Assembly: GCA_027023445.1 (NCBI GenBank)
Contig: JALVVK010000111.1
Location: 11,989-75,988 of the forward strand
Origin: Deltaproteobacteria bacterium
Lineage (GTDB): Bacteria > Desulfobacterota > Dissulfuribacteria > Dissulfuribacterales > JALVPX01
Length of the DNA stretch: 64,000 bases
Direction: 5' to 3'
Both the position numbers and the translations under genes were made by a program. Shown one piece after another: positions 28,943 through 37,982 of this stretch (positions are counted from its first letter, which is position 1; every line of letters begins with the position of its first letter). The notes beneath the pieces were generated by a model. It was not told the DNA's origin. It searched no databases and saw only the letters and a program-made list of their open reading frames with translations.

Positions 28943-29431
28943 TCAGAATGCGGCAAGCTGCCTGTATGCCTCGTAAACAACCACGCCTGCAGACGTGGAC
29001 AGGTTTAGGCTTCTGACCTTGCCCCATATGGGTATTTTAAAGGTTTTATCCGGATTGGAGCGGAGAAGTTCACGTGGCAGTCCCCTGGTCTCGCAGCCAA
29101 ATACCAGATAACATCCACTGGAAAACGGGGCACTTGAATAGGGGGCCGTTCCAGTGGTAGAGAAAAACAGGAGGTTTTCCCCCATTGTTGAGTTAAGGAA
29201 GGATTCAAGATTCCTGTGGTGTACTATCCTGACCTGTTCCCAGTAGTCAAGGCCCGCCCTCTTGAGATTTTTGTCGTCCGTCCTGAACCCAAGGGGGTGT
29301 ACCAGGTGCAGCGTGGAACACGTGGCTCCACACAGCCTGGCCACGTTTCCCGTGTTGGGAGGAATTTCGGGTTCAACCAGCACCACGTTTATGGAGCCCG
29401 GGAGGCGCTTTCCCACGTGAGGATCATTCAC
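28943..29431 (-). CDS. trmL: tRNA (cytidine/uridine-2'-O)-methyltransferase, SpoU/TrmL type
   Basis: VVLVEPEIPPNTGNVARLC, LNLS..A SPOUT knot motifs; ~160 aa. Confidence 0.8.
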   Translation of the reverse strand: MNDPHVGKRLPGSINVVLVEPEIPPNTGNVARLCGATCSTLHLVHPLGFRTDDKNLKRAGLDYWEQVRIVHHRNLESFLNSTMGENLLFFSTTGTAPYSSAPFSSGCYLVFGCETRGLPRELLRSNPDKTFKIPIWGKVRSLNLSTSAGVVVYEAYRQLAAF

Positions 29432-29484
29432 GGGAGTTTCTCCTGGGCGGCTGGATTCGTGTGACCTCCTGCATTGGCTGATGG

Positions 29485-30534
29485 TCAGACATTGAACCGG
29501 AAGTTTATTATGTCTCCGTCCTTCACCGGGTATTCCTTGCCCTCAAGCCGGACCTTTCCGGCCTTTTGCGCAGCGGTATATGATTTCAGGGCCATGAGGT
29601 CATCATAGGCGACCACCTCCGCCCGGATGAATCCGCGCTCAATGTCGGAGTGGATGGTCCCCGCCGCCTTCTGTGCCCTGGTGTCCCTGCGAATGTTCCA
29701 GGCCTTGACCTCATCGGGGCCGACTGTGAAGAACGAAATAAGCCCCAGCAGGCTGTGGGACGTGCGGATAAGCTGAAAGGTGGCAGGCTCCGGGAGGCCC
29801 AGGTCCTTTCTGAAGACTTCAGCCTCCTCCGGGGGCAGTTCGGCAAGTTCCATCTCCAGCCTGCCCTTTAGCTCCAGCAATGGGACACCGGAAGGCAGTT
29901 CCAGTGATGTGGCGCCCATGTCAGTATCGTCTCCGCTGTTAAGCAGCACTATGCATGGTTTTGCTGACAGGAATGCATATCCGCGGAGCACGGGGGATGA
30001 CGCCACATCCGGAAAGGCTCTCAGGGCCTCGCCCCTGTTGAGAATGTCCCGCGCCTTTTCGAGAAGCCCCGGTTCCGAAGGATCGCTTTTTCTGCCCTTT
30101 TTGCGGTCCTGTTCCAGGCGTTCAAGCCTTTTTTCCACGATAATCAGGTCGGAAAGGATCAGCTCGGACTCCAGTGCCTCAAAATCCTTCTGGGGTGTCG
30201 GCGCCTCTCCGGCCCTTTCGAAATTGCGGACTACGTGAAGCAGGGCGTCCACAGGCCTCAGAAGCCTCAGCAGGTCATCCAGGGTTCCACCCTTGTTTTC
30301 CCTGGCGGATAGGGCCCCTGCTACATCCACGTACTGGATCTGCGCAGGGGTGGTTTTCTTGGGTTTGTACATGGCGGACAGGGTATCCAGCCGGGGATCA
30401 GGGACCTTTACTACCGCGAGATTCGGATCCCTGGAGGATGCGCCATAGGCGGAAAGTTCCGCGGCGCTGCCGGTAAGGGCATTAAATACCGTGGTTTTGC
30501 CAGAGCCGGGCAGGCCGACAATGCCTATTTTCAT
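29485..30534 (-). CDS. ychF: YchF/OLA1-type P-loop NTPase
   Basis: GIVGLPGSGKTT G1 motif, C-terminal TGS/YchF domain (IHSDIERGFIRAEV). Confidence 0.85.
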   Translation of the reverse strand: MKIGIVGLPGSGKTTVFNALTGSAAELSAYGASSRDPNLAVVKVPDPRLDTLSAMYKPKKTTPAQIQYVDVAGALSARENKGGTLDDLLRLLRPVDALLHVVRNFERAGEAPTPQKDFEALESELILSDLIIVEKRLERLEQDRKKGRKSDPSEPGLLEKARDILNRGEALRAFPDVASSPVLRGYAFLSAKPCIVLLNSGDDTDMGATSLELPSGVPLLELKGRLEMELAELPPEEAEVFRKDLGLPEPATFQLIRTSHSLLGLISFFTVGPDEVKAWNIRRDTRAQKAAGTIHSDIERGFIRAEVVAYDDLMALKSYTAAQKAGKVRLEGKEYPVKDGDIINFRFNV

Positions 30535-31040
30535 GACCGTATCTCCTGGCCGCAGGGGGTGGGATCCCCTTTTATTTTATCCAGCAGGTGTCCCAGCACG
30601 GGGAGAATCACCTCCAGTCCCTGTTCCACCGCGGTCGGGCTTCCCGGGAGATTTACAATAAAAGTTTCCCCCCTTATTCCGGCCACTGCCCTTGACAACA
30701 TTGCCCTTGGTGTTGATTCCATGCCCTTCATGCGCATGGCATCGGGTATGCCAGGGATTTCCTTTTCGATCACGGCAAGGGTGGCATCAGGGGTGACATC
30801 AGAAGGGGAGGGACCTGTGCCGCCTGTGGTGATGATGAGGTCAACATCCGCTCTGTCGCTCCAGTCCACAAGTGTTTCTTTTATGCGTTCACGGTTGTCC
30901 GGAATTATCTTGTGCAGAAGCACGTTACATTGGTTTTTTTCGAGAACGCGCGTTATATAGGGGCCTGCCGTGTCTTCCCGTTCTCCCCGGGACGCGCTGT
31001 CGCTCACAGTAAGCACCCCTGCCGTATATAGTGGGCTCAT
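30531..31040 (-). CDS. MoaB/MogA family molybdenum cofactor biosynthesis protein
   Basis: TVSD..S.G..ED..G, TTGGTGPSPSDVTP, LPGSP motifs. Confidence 0.8.
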   Translation of the reverse strand: MSPLYTAGVLTVSDSASRGEREDTAGPYITRVLEKNQCNVLLHKIIPDNRERIKETLVDWSDRADVDLIITTGGTGPSPSDVTPDATLAVIEKEIPGIPDAMRMKGMESTPRAMLSRAVAGIRGETFIVNLPGSPTAVEQGLEVILPVLGHLLDKIKGDPTPCGQEIRS

Positions 31041-31043
31041 TTG

Positions 31044-33125
31044 CTATTTTGCCTCTTCTTCCTGTTTTGATTCCGCTATGATTTTTTCCGCCAGGTTTGG
31101 CGGCACCTCTTCATAGTGAGATGGTTCCACGGTAAATGTTCCGCGTCCGGCAGTCATGGCGTTAAGGTCCAGTATATATTTCTGGACCTCTGCCAGGGGC
31201 ACAAGCGCCTCTACTACCTGGCCCTCCGGACCGGGCTCCATGCCCATCACCTTGCCGCGCCTGCTGTTGATGTCTCCTATGATGTCTCCCACGGCGTCAT
31301 CGGGAACCGTCACCCGGAGCCTTACTATTGGTTCAAGCAGTGTGGGCTTTGCCTCCAGAACACCTTTTTTGAAGCACTGTATGGCCGCGATCTTGAACGC
31401 GATTTCAGAGGAATCCACCTCATGGGATTTGCCGTCATAGAACCGTACCTTGAGATCAACCACCGGGTATCCGGCGAGAGGGCCGGCAGCTATGGCCTCA
31501 TGCAGGCCTTTTTCAACGGCTGGAACGAAATTTCTCGGCACGTTCATGCCAACGAGGGCCTCTTCAAATTCAAACCCCTCTCCCCTTGCAAGGGGGGAGA
31601 TGTCAAAATGGACCTCTGCGAACTGCCCGGCACCGCCCGTCTGTTTCTTGTGCCTGTAGATAACCCCTTTCTTGGTGCCCTTGATCGTTTCCCTGTAGGG
31701 TATCCTTGGCGTGGTAAGATCCACCTTGACCCCGAATTTTCTTTCCATCTTTTCAACGGTGGCGTCAATATGGATCTGACCGTTGCCTGAAATAAGGAGC
31801 TCGTTGGTCTGGGAGTCCCTGGTTACAAGCAGCGTAGGGTCTTCTTCCCGGAGTTTGGCCAGGGCCTGAGTGATTTTTTCCTCGTCTCCCCGGCTCTTGG
31901 GCTTGAGGGCATAGGTCAGCACCCCTCCTGGAAGATCCACAAAGGGATATCTTATGGGAGCGGCGGCATCGCAAAGCGTGTCTCCCGTGGTGGTTTCCTT
32001 GAGCTTGGCAAGGGCCACGATCTCTCCCGGTCCAGCCTCATCCACGTTTTTTTGCGTCTTGCCCTCCAAAACCATGATCTGGGCAAACCGTTCACTGGTA
32101 TCCTTGTTGGAATTATAAATCGTGCTGTCCGGCCTGAGCGTTCCGGAATAGATCCGCATCATTGAGAGCCTGCCGGCATACGGGTCGGTAAGTGTCTTGA
32201 ATACAAGGCCTGAGAACGGGGCCTCAGGGGATGCTTCCCTGGTTTCTTCGCTTTCATCCTTTGGGTTTACGCCTTTCTGAGGGCCCCGTTCATCCGGTGA
32301 CGGCAGGAACTGGACAATCAGATCCAGCAGATTGCTTGTGGCGATGTTCTTGATGGCGGAACCGCAGCACACAGGGACAAAACCTCCGTTCGCTATGCCC
32401 TGCCTGAGACCGCTGATGATTTCGTCAGCCGAGAGTTCCTCCCCCTCCAGGAATTTTTCCAGCAGGCTGTCGTCTGATTCGGCCGCGAATTCGATAAGAT
32501 TGGCCCGTTGGGTTTCTACTTCATCCCGCAGGTCAGATGGGATTTCAATGACCTTTGGCGTGCCGCTATGGTCTTCCGGGAATTCAAACGCCTTGAGATG
32601 TATGAGATCAATTATACCCTTGAAATTGTCCTCCGAGCCGATTGGAAGGGCCACCGGAACTGTCCTGATATCCAGGGCATTGTTTATGGCGTCAAGGGAT
32701 TTCTCAAAACTTGCCCGTTCCCTGTCCAGCTTGTTTATAAACATGATTACCGGGCAGCCACGATCTTTTGCCATGGTCCATATCTTGGATGTCTGAGGCT
32801 TTACCGGGCTTGCCGCGTCCACCACAAAGACGATGTTGTCAGCCACCCTGAGGGCCATCCTGGATTCGGCCAGGAAATTGTCGTCACCCGGGGTATCGAG
32901 GATATAGACCTTGTTTTTTTTCCAGGAGAGATGGTGACAGGCGGTGCTGATGGATATATGACGTTTTATTTCTTCAGGCTCGTAGTCCAGGACAGAGGTC
33001 CCGTCATCCACCTTGCCAAGTCGGGAAGTAGCCTTGGCGGTATAAAGCAACGCCTCGGCCAGTGAGGTTTTGCCACTTCCATTGTGGGCGATTATGGCGA
33101 AATTTCTGACTTTGTGAACGTCCAT
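31044..33125 (-). CDS. EF-G-like GTPase (EF-G II type) with non-canonical G1/G3 motifs
   Basis: AHNGSGKTS (G1), DTPGDDNF (G3, His replaced by Asp), NKLD (G4), full five-domain length. Confidence 0.85.
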   Translation of the reverse strand: MDVHKVRNFAIIAHNGSGKTSLAEALLYTAKATSRLGKVDDGTSVLDYEPEEIKRHISISTACHHLSWKKNKVYILDTPGDDNFLAESRMALRVADNIVFVVDAASPVKPQTSKIWTMAKDRGCPVIMFINKLDRERASFEKSLDAINNALDIRTVPVALPIGSEDNFKGIIDLIHLKAFEFPEDHSGTPKVIEIPSDLRDEVETQRANLIEFAAESDDSLLEKFLEGEELSADEIISGLRQGIANGGFVPVCCGSAIKNIATSNLLDLIVQFLPSPDERGPQKGVNPKDESEETREASPEAPFSGLVFKTLTDPYAGRLSMMRIYSGTLRPDSTIYNSNKDTSERFAQIMVLEGKTQKNVDEAGPGEIVALAKLKETTTGDTLCDAAAPIRYPFVDLPGGVLTYALKPKSRGDEEKITQALAKLREEDPTLLVTRDSQTNELLISGNGQIHIDATVEKMERKFGVKVDLTTPRIPYRETIKGTKKGVIYRHKKQTGGAGQFAEVHFDISPLARGEGFEFEEALVGMNVPRNFVPAVEKGLHEAIAAGPLAGYPVVDLKVRFYDGKSHEVDSSEIAFKIAAIQCFKKGVLEAKPTLLEPIVRLRVTVPDDAVGDIIGDINSRRGKVMGMEPGPEGQVVEALVPLAEVQKYILDLNAMTAGRGTFTVEPSHYEEVPPNLAEKIIAESKQEEEAK

Positions 33126-33530
33126 AACAACATCTCCCTTTCTTTATTGTAAGGATTCAGGCGGGATGTCCTGCCTGTTGTAAAGCCGTTTTAAAACCGT
33201 TTCGCGTTATGTGGTGAGATCTTAATGTCCGGTTATGTGATGAAACCTCCCTGAAGCACTGCGCATGGATTCTAATTCCAGGCATTTGAGCCCGAACCTT
33301 ATTGTGTGTCAAGTAGTACGTCAAGAGGGATCTGGCAGACTCCTCCTGTGCGGGACGCCGATAAAATCCCAGGGGCGGACGTAAAGGCTTTTGGGTGCCG
33401 GGACGGGGAGGGGTGCGTATTGTGATATTTTGAACATTTTCGTTGTCTGCCTTGACGAATGCCAATACATTTTTTTATCTTATGTATGGGCCGTTATACA
33501 GGGTTATGTACTTCCAGTGTTACATCGTCA

Positions 33531-33555
33531 GACATTTGAAGTGCATAATCCGGGG
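33531..33555 (+). repeat. solo right-end fragment of MITE-2 (GACATTTGAAGTGCATAATCCGGGG)
   Basis: Matches 58716-58738 almost exactly. Confidence 0.4.
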
Positions 33556-33636
33556 TTATGGATTTCGTTTATCCGAAAATGCGTTTTTTTGATCAGCCAT
33601 GGAATGCATGGACAAAAAGTAAGATGTATGTGCATC

Positions 33637-33808
33637 GAAAATACAGCGTTAAATGGTAAGTTCTGAATGTTAAACTAAGGTGCCAGGTTATTATATCTTC
33701 CTGAATTTAATAAGAATTTGTTTACCATAAGTTACCATTCACCATTTATTATTTAACATTTTCATGCCCTGGGGTGTGAAACACCGACATGGCATGAAGG
33801 TCTGGTTT
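33637..33808 (+). mobile_element. heptad-palindrome repeat (MITE-1), copy C
   Basis: Collinear with 6884-7055 over its full length; mini hairpin here is GGTGT-GAA-ACACC (compensated relative to copy A). Confidence 0.6.
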
Positions 33809-33864
33809 TCGGTTGTTTTTCCTGTTTTCCTCGCAACAGATGCGTTTCCCTCCGGGGTGCTGCT

Positions 33865-34146
33865 ATGGGTAATATGTTTTACGAAGCAGAGATAGTTATC
33901 GTAAACCGGCTTGGCCTGCATGCCAGGCCTGCCTCCCGTTTTGCCCAGGTCGCCTGTTCCTTTGAATCAGAGATTACGTTGTCAAGAAACGGCGAGTCGG
34001 TTGATGGAAAAAGTATTTTGGAGGTTCTTACCCTGGCCTGCCCCAGGGGAAGCAGGTTGGTCATCAGGGCGGAAGGGCCGGATTCCAGAGATGCTGTGGA
34101 GGCATTAAAGTCCTTGGCGGACACAGGTTTTGGCGAGATTGATTAA
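33865..34146 (+). CDS. ptsH: phosphocarrier protein HPr
   Basis: GLHARPAS with the phospho-His; ~90 aa; directly followed by ptsI. Confidence 0.85.
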   Translation: MGNMFYEAEIVIVNRLGLHARPASRFAQVACSFESEITLSRNGESVDGKSILEVLTLACPRGSRLVIRAEGPDSRDAVEALKSLADTGFGEID

Positions 34147-35969
34147 TGAATGACGCAAGGGAACGGAATGGCTCCAGAATTTTAAGGGGAATAGGCGCGT
34201 CTCCGGGGGTTGCCTTTGGCCGGGCACATCTTGTTGGCCTTGATAAGGTCAAGGTGCTCAGAAAAAGGATCTCGGAATCTGAGCTGTCGGCTGAAATCGA
34301 GAGATTCCGAAAGGCCGTGTTCCAGGCGGAAGATGAGATAAACAGGCTTCTGGCGGAGATACCCGAGGAATTGAGGGAGCATTCCGGTATTCTTCAATCC
34401 CATCTGCTCATGCTCAAGGACAAGATGGTATATGACAGGGCCCAGGAATTTATAACCGGACGCGGAGTCAACAGCGAGTGGGCGTTGAGCATGGTGCTTG
34501 AACACGTGCGCGGGCTTTTTGAACAGATTAAGGAGCAGTATATCCGTGAACGCATAAAGGACGTTGAGTATGTGATCTGTCGCGTGCTCAGGATTCTTGC
34601 CGGGGAGTCCGGTGAAGGCCTGTTTGACCTGAAGGAACCAGTCATACTCGTTGCGCATGAACTTTCCCCCGCAGATACCATACAGCTTTCCCCTGACAAG
34701 GTGCTCGCCTTTGTGACTGATGTGGGCAGCCGGACCTCGCATACCGCCATCCTTGCGAGATCCCTGGGAATCCCGGCCGTGGTGGGTCTGGAGGATATTA
34801 CTTCCACTGTGCTGTCAGGAGAAAACCTGATTGTGGATGGTATCGCAGGCGAGGTAATAATAAATCCTGATGCGGAATATCAGGAGAGTTACAGGGAAAA
34901 GCAGGATGGTTACCTCAAGTACCGTCTGGAAGTCATCCACAACAGCCATCTTCCCGCGGAGACCAGGGACGGGTTCAGGGTCAAGATAAAGGCCAACATG
35001 GAGTTGCTCGAGGAGATACCCACGGTCATATCAAACGGCGCTGACGGCGTGGGCCTTCTCAGGACCGAATACCTTTATCTGGCCCACAGGGAGCTTCCTT
35101 CCGAGGAGGTTTTGTATAATGCGTACAGGGAGGTGGTTGAACGCATCAGGCCCTATCCGGTCACCATCCGGACCCTGGATATAGGCGGGGACAAATTTAT
35201 ATCTTCAGTCTCGCTCAACGAGGAGATAAATCCGGCCCTGGGCCTCAGGGCCATCAGGCTTTCCCTCAGGGAACCCGGGCTTTTCTGCGCCCAGTTGCGT
35301 GCCATAATCCGGGCAAGCGCGCACGGGAATGTCCGGGTTCTTTTCCCGCTTATTTCCGGAAAAAGGGAGATCCTTCAGGTCAAGGAGTATATGAACAAGG
35401 TCTTCAGCGAACTCCAGGCGGAGGGGATCCCCTTTGACAGGGATATAAAGGTGGGGATCATGATGGAGGTTCCTACCGCCATCATGGTGGCGGATATCCT
35501 TGCGCAGGAGGTGGATTTTTTCAGCCTGGGCACCAATGATCTCATACAGTATTCCCTTGCCATAGACAGGGTAAACGAGTTTGTGGCTCACCTGTACGAG
35601 CCCCTTGATCCGGGAGTCCTGCGCATGATTAAGCGTACTGTGGACGCGGCCCATGATGCCGGGATAAATGCCGCTCTCTGCGGCGAGATGGCCGGCGAGC
35701 CCATGTACGTGCCCATATTGCTCGGTATGGGGATTGACGAATTAAGCATGAATGCGCTTGATATCCCGAGGGTAAAACGAACGGTTCGCATGGTCAGGTA
35801 TGAGGACTGTGTCAGGCTTACGAACCGGGTGATGGAGGCCTCCACCTCGGCTGAAGCGAGGGAGGCCCTTGTGTCCTATCTTCGATCGGCCTTTCCCAGA
35901 GAATTTGATTCTGCCATGGGCGGGCACTCCGATATGGCAGGCATGGAGGTTTCCAGGTCGATTTCGTGA
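34146..35969 (+). CDS. ptsI: phosphoenolpyruvate-protein phosphotransferase (PTS enzyme I)
   Basis: GSRTSHTAILARSLGIPAVVG phospho-His motif, GLLRTE, SLGTNDL PEP-binding motifs. Confidence 0.9.
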   Translation: MNDARERNGSRILRGIGASPGVAFGRAHLVGLDKVKVLRKRISESELSAEIERFRKAVFQAEDEINRLLAEIPEELREHSGILQSHLLMLKDKMVYDRAQEFITGRGVNSEWALSMVLEHVRGLFEQIKEQYIRERIKDVEYVICRVLRILAGESGEGLFDLKEPVILVAHELSPADTIQLSPDKVLAFVTDVGSRTSHTAILARSLGIPAVVGLEDITSTVLSGENLIVDGIAGEVIINPDAEYQESYREKQDGYLKYRLEVIHNSHLPAETRDGFRVKIKANMELLEEIPTVISNGADGVGLLRTEYLYLAHRELPSEEVLYNAYREVVERIRPYPVTIRTLDIGGDKFISSVSLNEEINPALGLRAIRLSLREPGLFCAQLRAIIRASAHGNVRVLFPLISGKREILQVKEYMNKVFSELQAEGIPFDRDIKVGIMMEVPTAIMVADILAQEVDFFSLGTNDLIQYSLAIDRVNEFVAHLYEPLDPGVLRMIKRTVDAAHDAGINAALCGEMAGEPMYVPILLGMGIDELSMNALDIPRVKRTVRMVRYEDCVRLTNRVMEASTSAEAREALVSYLRSAFPREFDSAMGGHSDMAGMEVSRSIS

Positions 35970-37108
35970 ATCAGGGCGCAGGTCTTTATATTCATGTGCC
36001 TTTCTGCCTGAGTAAATGTCCTTACTGCGGCTTTGTTTCACGCCGCGCCCCTGTATCGGTTCAGCGGTCCTATGTGGATTCACTCAGGCGGGAAATGGAT
36101 TCGCTTGTCCCCCTCTGCAGGGAATTCTCTCTTGTGTTTGATACCCTGTATGTGGGAGGAGGCACTCCCACCTCCATTCCACCGGAGGCGCTCTGCAAGC
36201 TTGTGGATCACGCACTGGGAACATTTGAATGGGGTGCCGGCGTCCGCGAGATAACCATTGAGGCCAATCCAGGGACGGTGACCCCAGAGGATCTGGCCTG
36301 GTTGAGGCATCGCGGCGTCAAACGTCTGAGCCTGGGGCTTCAGGCCCTGTCAACCCGGGGGCTGGAAGTTCTGGGAAGGAGGCATGGCGTTGCCCAGGGG
36401 ATACGGGCCTTTCATGCCGCCCGGAACGCTGGAATGCGGGTATCCGTTGACCTGATCTACGGGTGGCCGGGGCAGGACGGGCAGGAGTGGGGCCGTACCC
36501 TTGAAATTTTGACCTTGCTCAGGCCTGAACATGTCTCATGTTACGAACTTACCCTTGAGGAAGGCACGCCCATGCAAAAAATGGCTGCATCCGGTTCCCT
36601 GTGCCTGCCAGGAGAGGCGGCCGTGCTTCGTTTCTGGGATATGGTGGATGAAATACTTGGGCCGCACGGATACCGTCATTATGAAATTTCCAATTACGCC
36701 CTTGATGGCATGGAGTGTGTGCACAATCTGAAATACTGGACCGGCCTGCCCTATCTCGGGGTTGGCTGCAGTGCCGCGTCTTACGTGCCTCCCGCAAGGT
36801 GGACCAATTCGTCTGACATTGATGCATACATGAACCTGGTGGACGCCGGAATGTCTGCCATTGTCCACAGGGAGGTTCTGGGCCGGGATGCCCGGGTAAG
36901 GGAGGCCATGGTCTTGTCTCTGCGCCTTGTCAGGGGAGTTGACAGGGCATCTTTCAGGCATAGATGGGGGGTTGATCCGGTGGAATTTTATGGAGACCTC
37001 CTGCGTCGGCTTGAGGATCAGGACCTGGTGCGCATTGATAAAGAAAGGGTGCGGCTCAGCGCCAGGGGCCTCAGGCTTGCGAACACGGTAATGGCGGAGC
37101 TGGTATGA
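35966..37108 (+). CDS. hemW: radical SAM haem chaperone / coproporphyrinogen oxidase-like protein HemW
   Basis: LYIHVPFCLSKCPYCGF CxxxCxxC radical-SAM motif, HemN-like C-terminal domain; 4-nt overlap with ptsI. Confidence 0.85.
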   Translation: MNQGAGLYIHVPFCLSKCPYCGFVSRRAPVSVQRSYVDSLRREMDSLVPLCREFSLVFDTLYVGGGTPTSIPPEALCKLVDHALGTFEWGAGVREITIEANPGTVTPEDLAWLRHRGVKRLSLGLQALSTRGLEVLGRRHGVAQGIRAFHAARNAGMRVSVDLIYGWPGQDGQEWGRTLEILTLLRPEHVSCYELTLEEGTPMQKMAASGSLCLPGEAAVLRFWDMVDEILGPHGYRHYEISNYALDGMECVHNLKYWTGLPYLGVGCSAASYVPPARWTNSSDIDAYMNLVDAGMSAIVHREVLGRDARVREAMVLSLRLVRGVDRASFRHRWGVDPVEFYGDLLRRLEDQDLVRIDKERVRLSARGLRLANTVMAELV

Positions 37109-37112
37109 GCAG

Positions 37113-37144
37113 GGTAAATGGGGTATATTGATTCCCCGTTTACC
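37113..37144 (+). terminator. 11-bp stem hairpin after hemW, partly built from a MITE-1 terminus
   Basis: GGTAAATGGGG-tatattgatt-CCCCGTTTACC; 37138-37155 is the reverse complement of CAATGTTAAATGGTAAA (MITE-1 left end). Weak T-tract. Confidence 0.4.
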
Positions 37145-37175
37145 ATTTAACATTGTTATTAAAAGGGGAGAGATT

Positions 37176-37949
37176 ATGTCGCAGGAACCTGATGCCTATA
37201 TAGATGATTCCAGAGAATTAAGGGACGATGATACCTTTTGTTTTTCATGCGGCCCTGAAAAGAGCTGCTTTACCTCGTGTTGCTATGATATCAACCTTGT
37301 GCTCATGCCATATGACATACTTCGTCTGAAGAATCGGCTGGGCATGTCCTCGGACGATTTTCTCAAACGCTACACCAGTGTGCATGTGGGACCGGGAACC
37401 GGTCTGCCCGTGGTATTGCTCAAAATGGAAGGACCATACATGAAGTGTCCATTCCTGGACGAAAAGAAGGGTTGCGGGGTATATGAAGACAGGCCTGCCG
37501 CCTGCCGTACCTATCCGCTGGCCAGGATCGCCCACAGGAGCAGGGACATGGACGGGGTGGAAGAGTTTTATTACGTGGTAAGGGAACCCGACTGCATGGG
37601 CTTTAAGGATGGCAGAGAAATGACTGTCCGTCAGTGGAAGGAGCAGGAAGGCCTTGGCCGCTATAACGAGATGAACGACATTTTCGGAGAGCTTCTCCAG
37701 GCAAAAACAGAATCCGGTATTGCCCAGCTGCACGCGGACCAGATCGAGACCTTTTACCTGGGCTGTTATAATGTTGACGAATTCAGAAAATTTTATCTTG
37801 AGAGCCCCAACCTTGACCGTTACATGGACCCGGAGGACGTGGTCCAGCGTATCTCAGAGGATGAAGAGGAACTTCTCATCCATGGTATGCGCTGGGTAAA
37901 AAAGAAGATTTTTTCCGGATGCACCATGTGCGCCATGGCGCAGAAGTAA
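37176..37949 (+). CDS. YkgJ/UPF0153-type Cys-rich (zinc/iron-chelating) protein
   Basis: CFSCGPEKSCFTSCC and KCPFLDEKKGCGVYEDRPAACRTYP motifs; GGGGAGAG SD before ATG 37176. Confidence 0.7.
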   Translation: MSQEPDAYIDDSRELRDDDTFCFSCGPEKSCFTSCCYDINLVLMPYDILRLKNRLGMSSDDFLKRYTSVHVGPGTGLPVVLLKMEGPYMKCPFLDEKKGCGVYEDRPAACRTYPLARIAHRSRDMDGVEEFYYVVREPDCMGFKDGREMTVRQWKEQEGLGRYNEMNDIFGELLQAKTESGIAQLHADQIETFYLGCYNVDEFRKFYLESPNLDRYMDPEDVVQRISEDEEELLIHGMRWVKKKIFSGCTMCAMAQK

Positions 37950-37982
37950 AAAAACGGCCTGGCTGAGGCGGTTCCCTGTTCT

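Noticed and set aside
33126-33636. Protein-coding potential (ORFs 33157-33465 minus, 33391-33666 plus) or a large ncRNA in the 740-bp gap before ptsH
   Set aside because: The ORFs have no RBS and no recognisable motifs. The region contains MITE-2 end fragments and plausible promoters. I could not fold or recognise a known RNA (RNase P, 6S, SRP) by eye.
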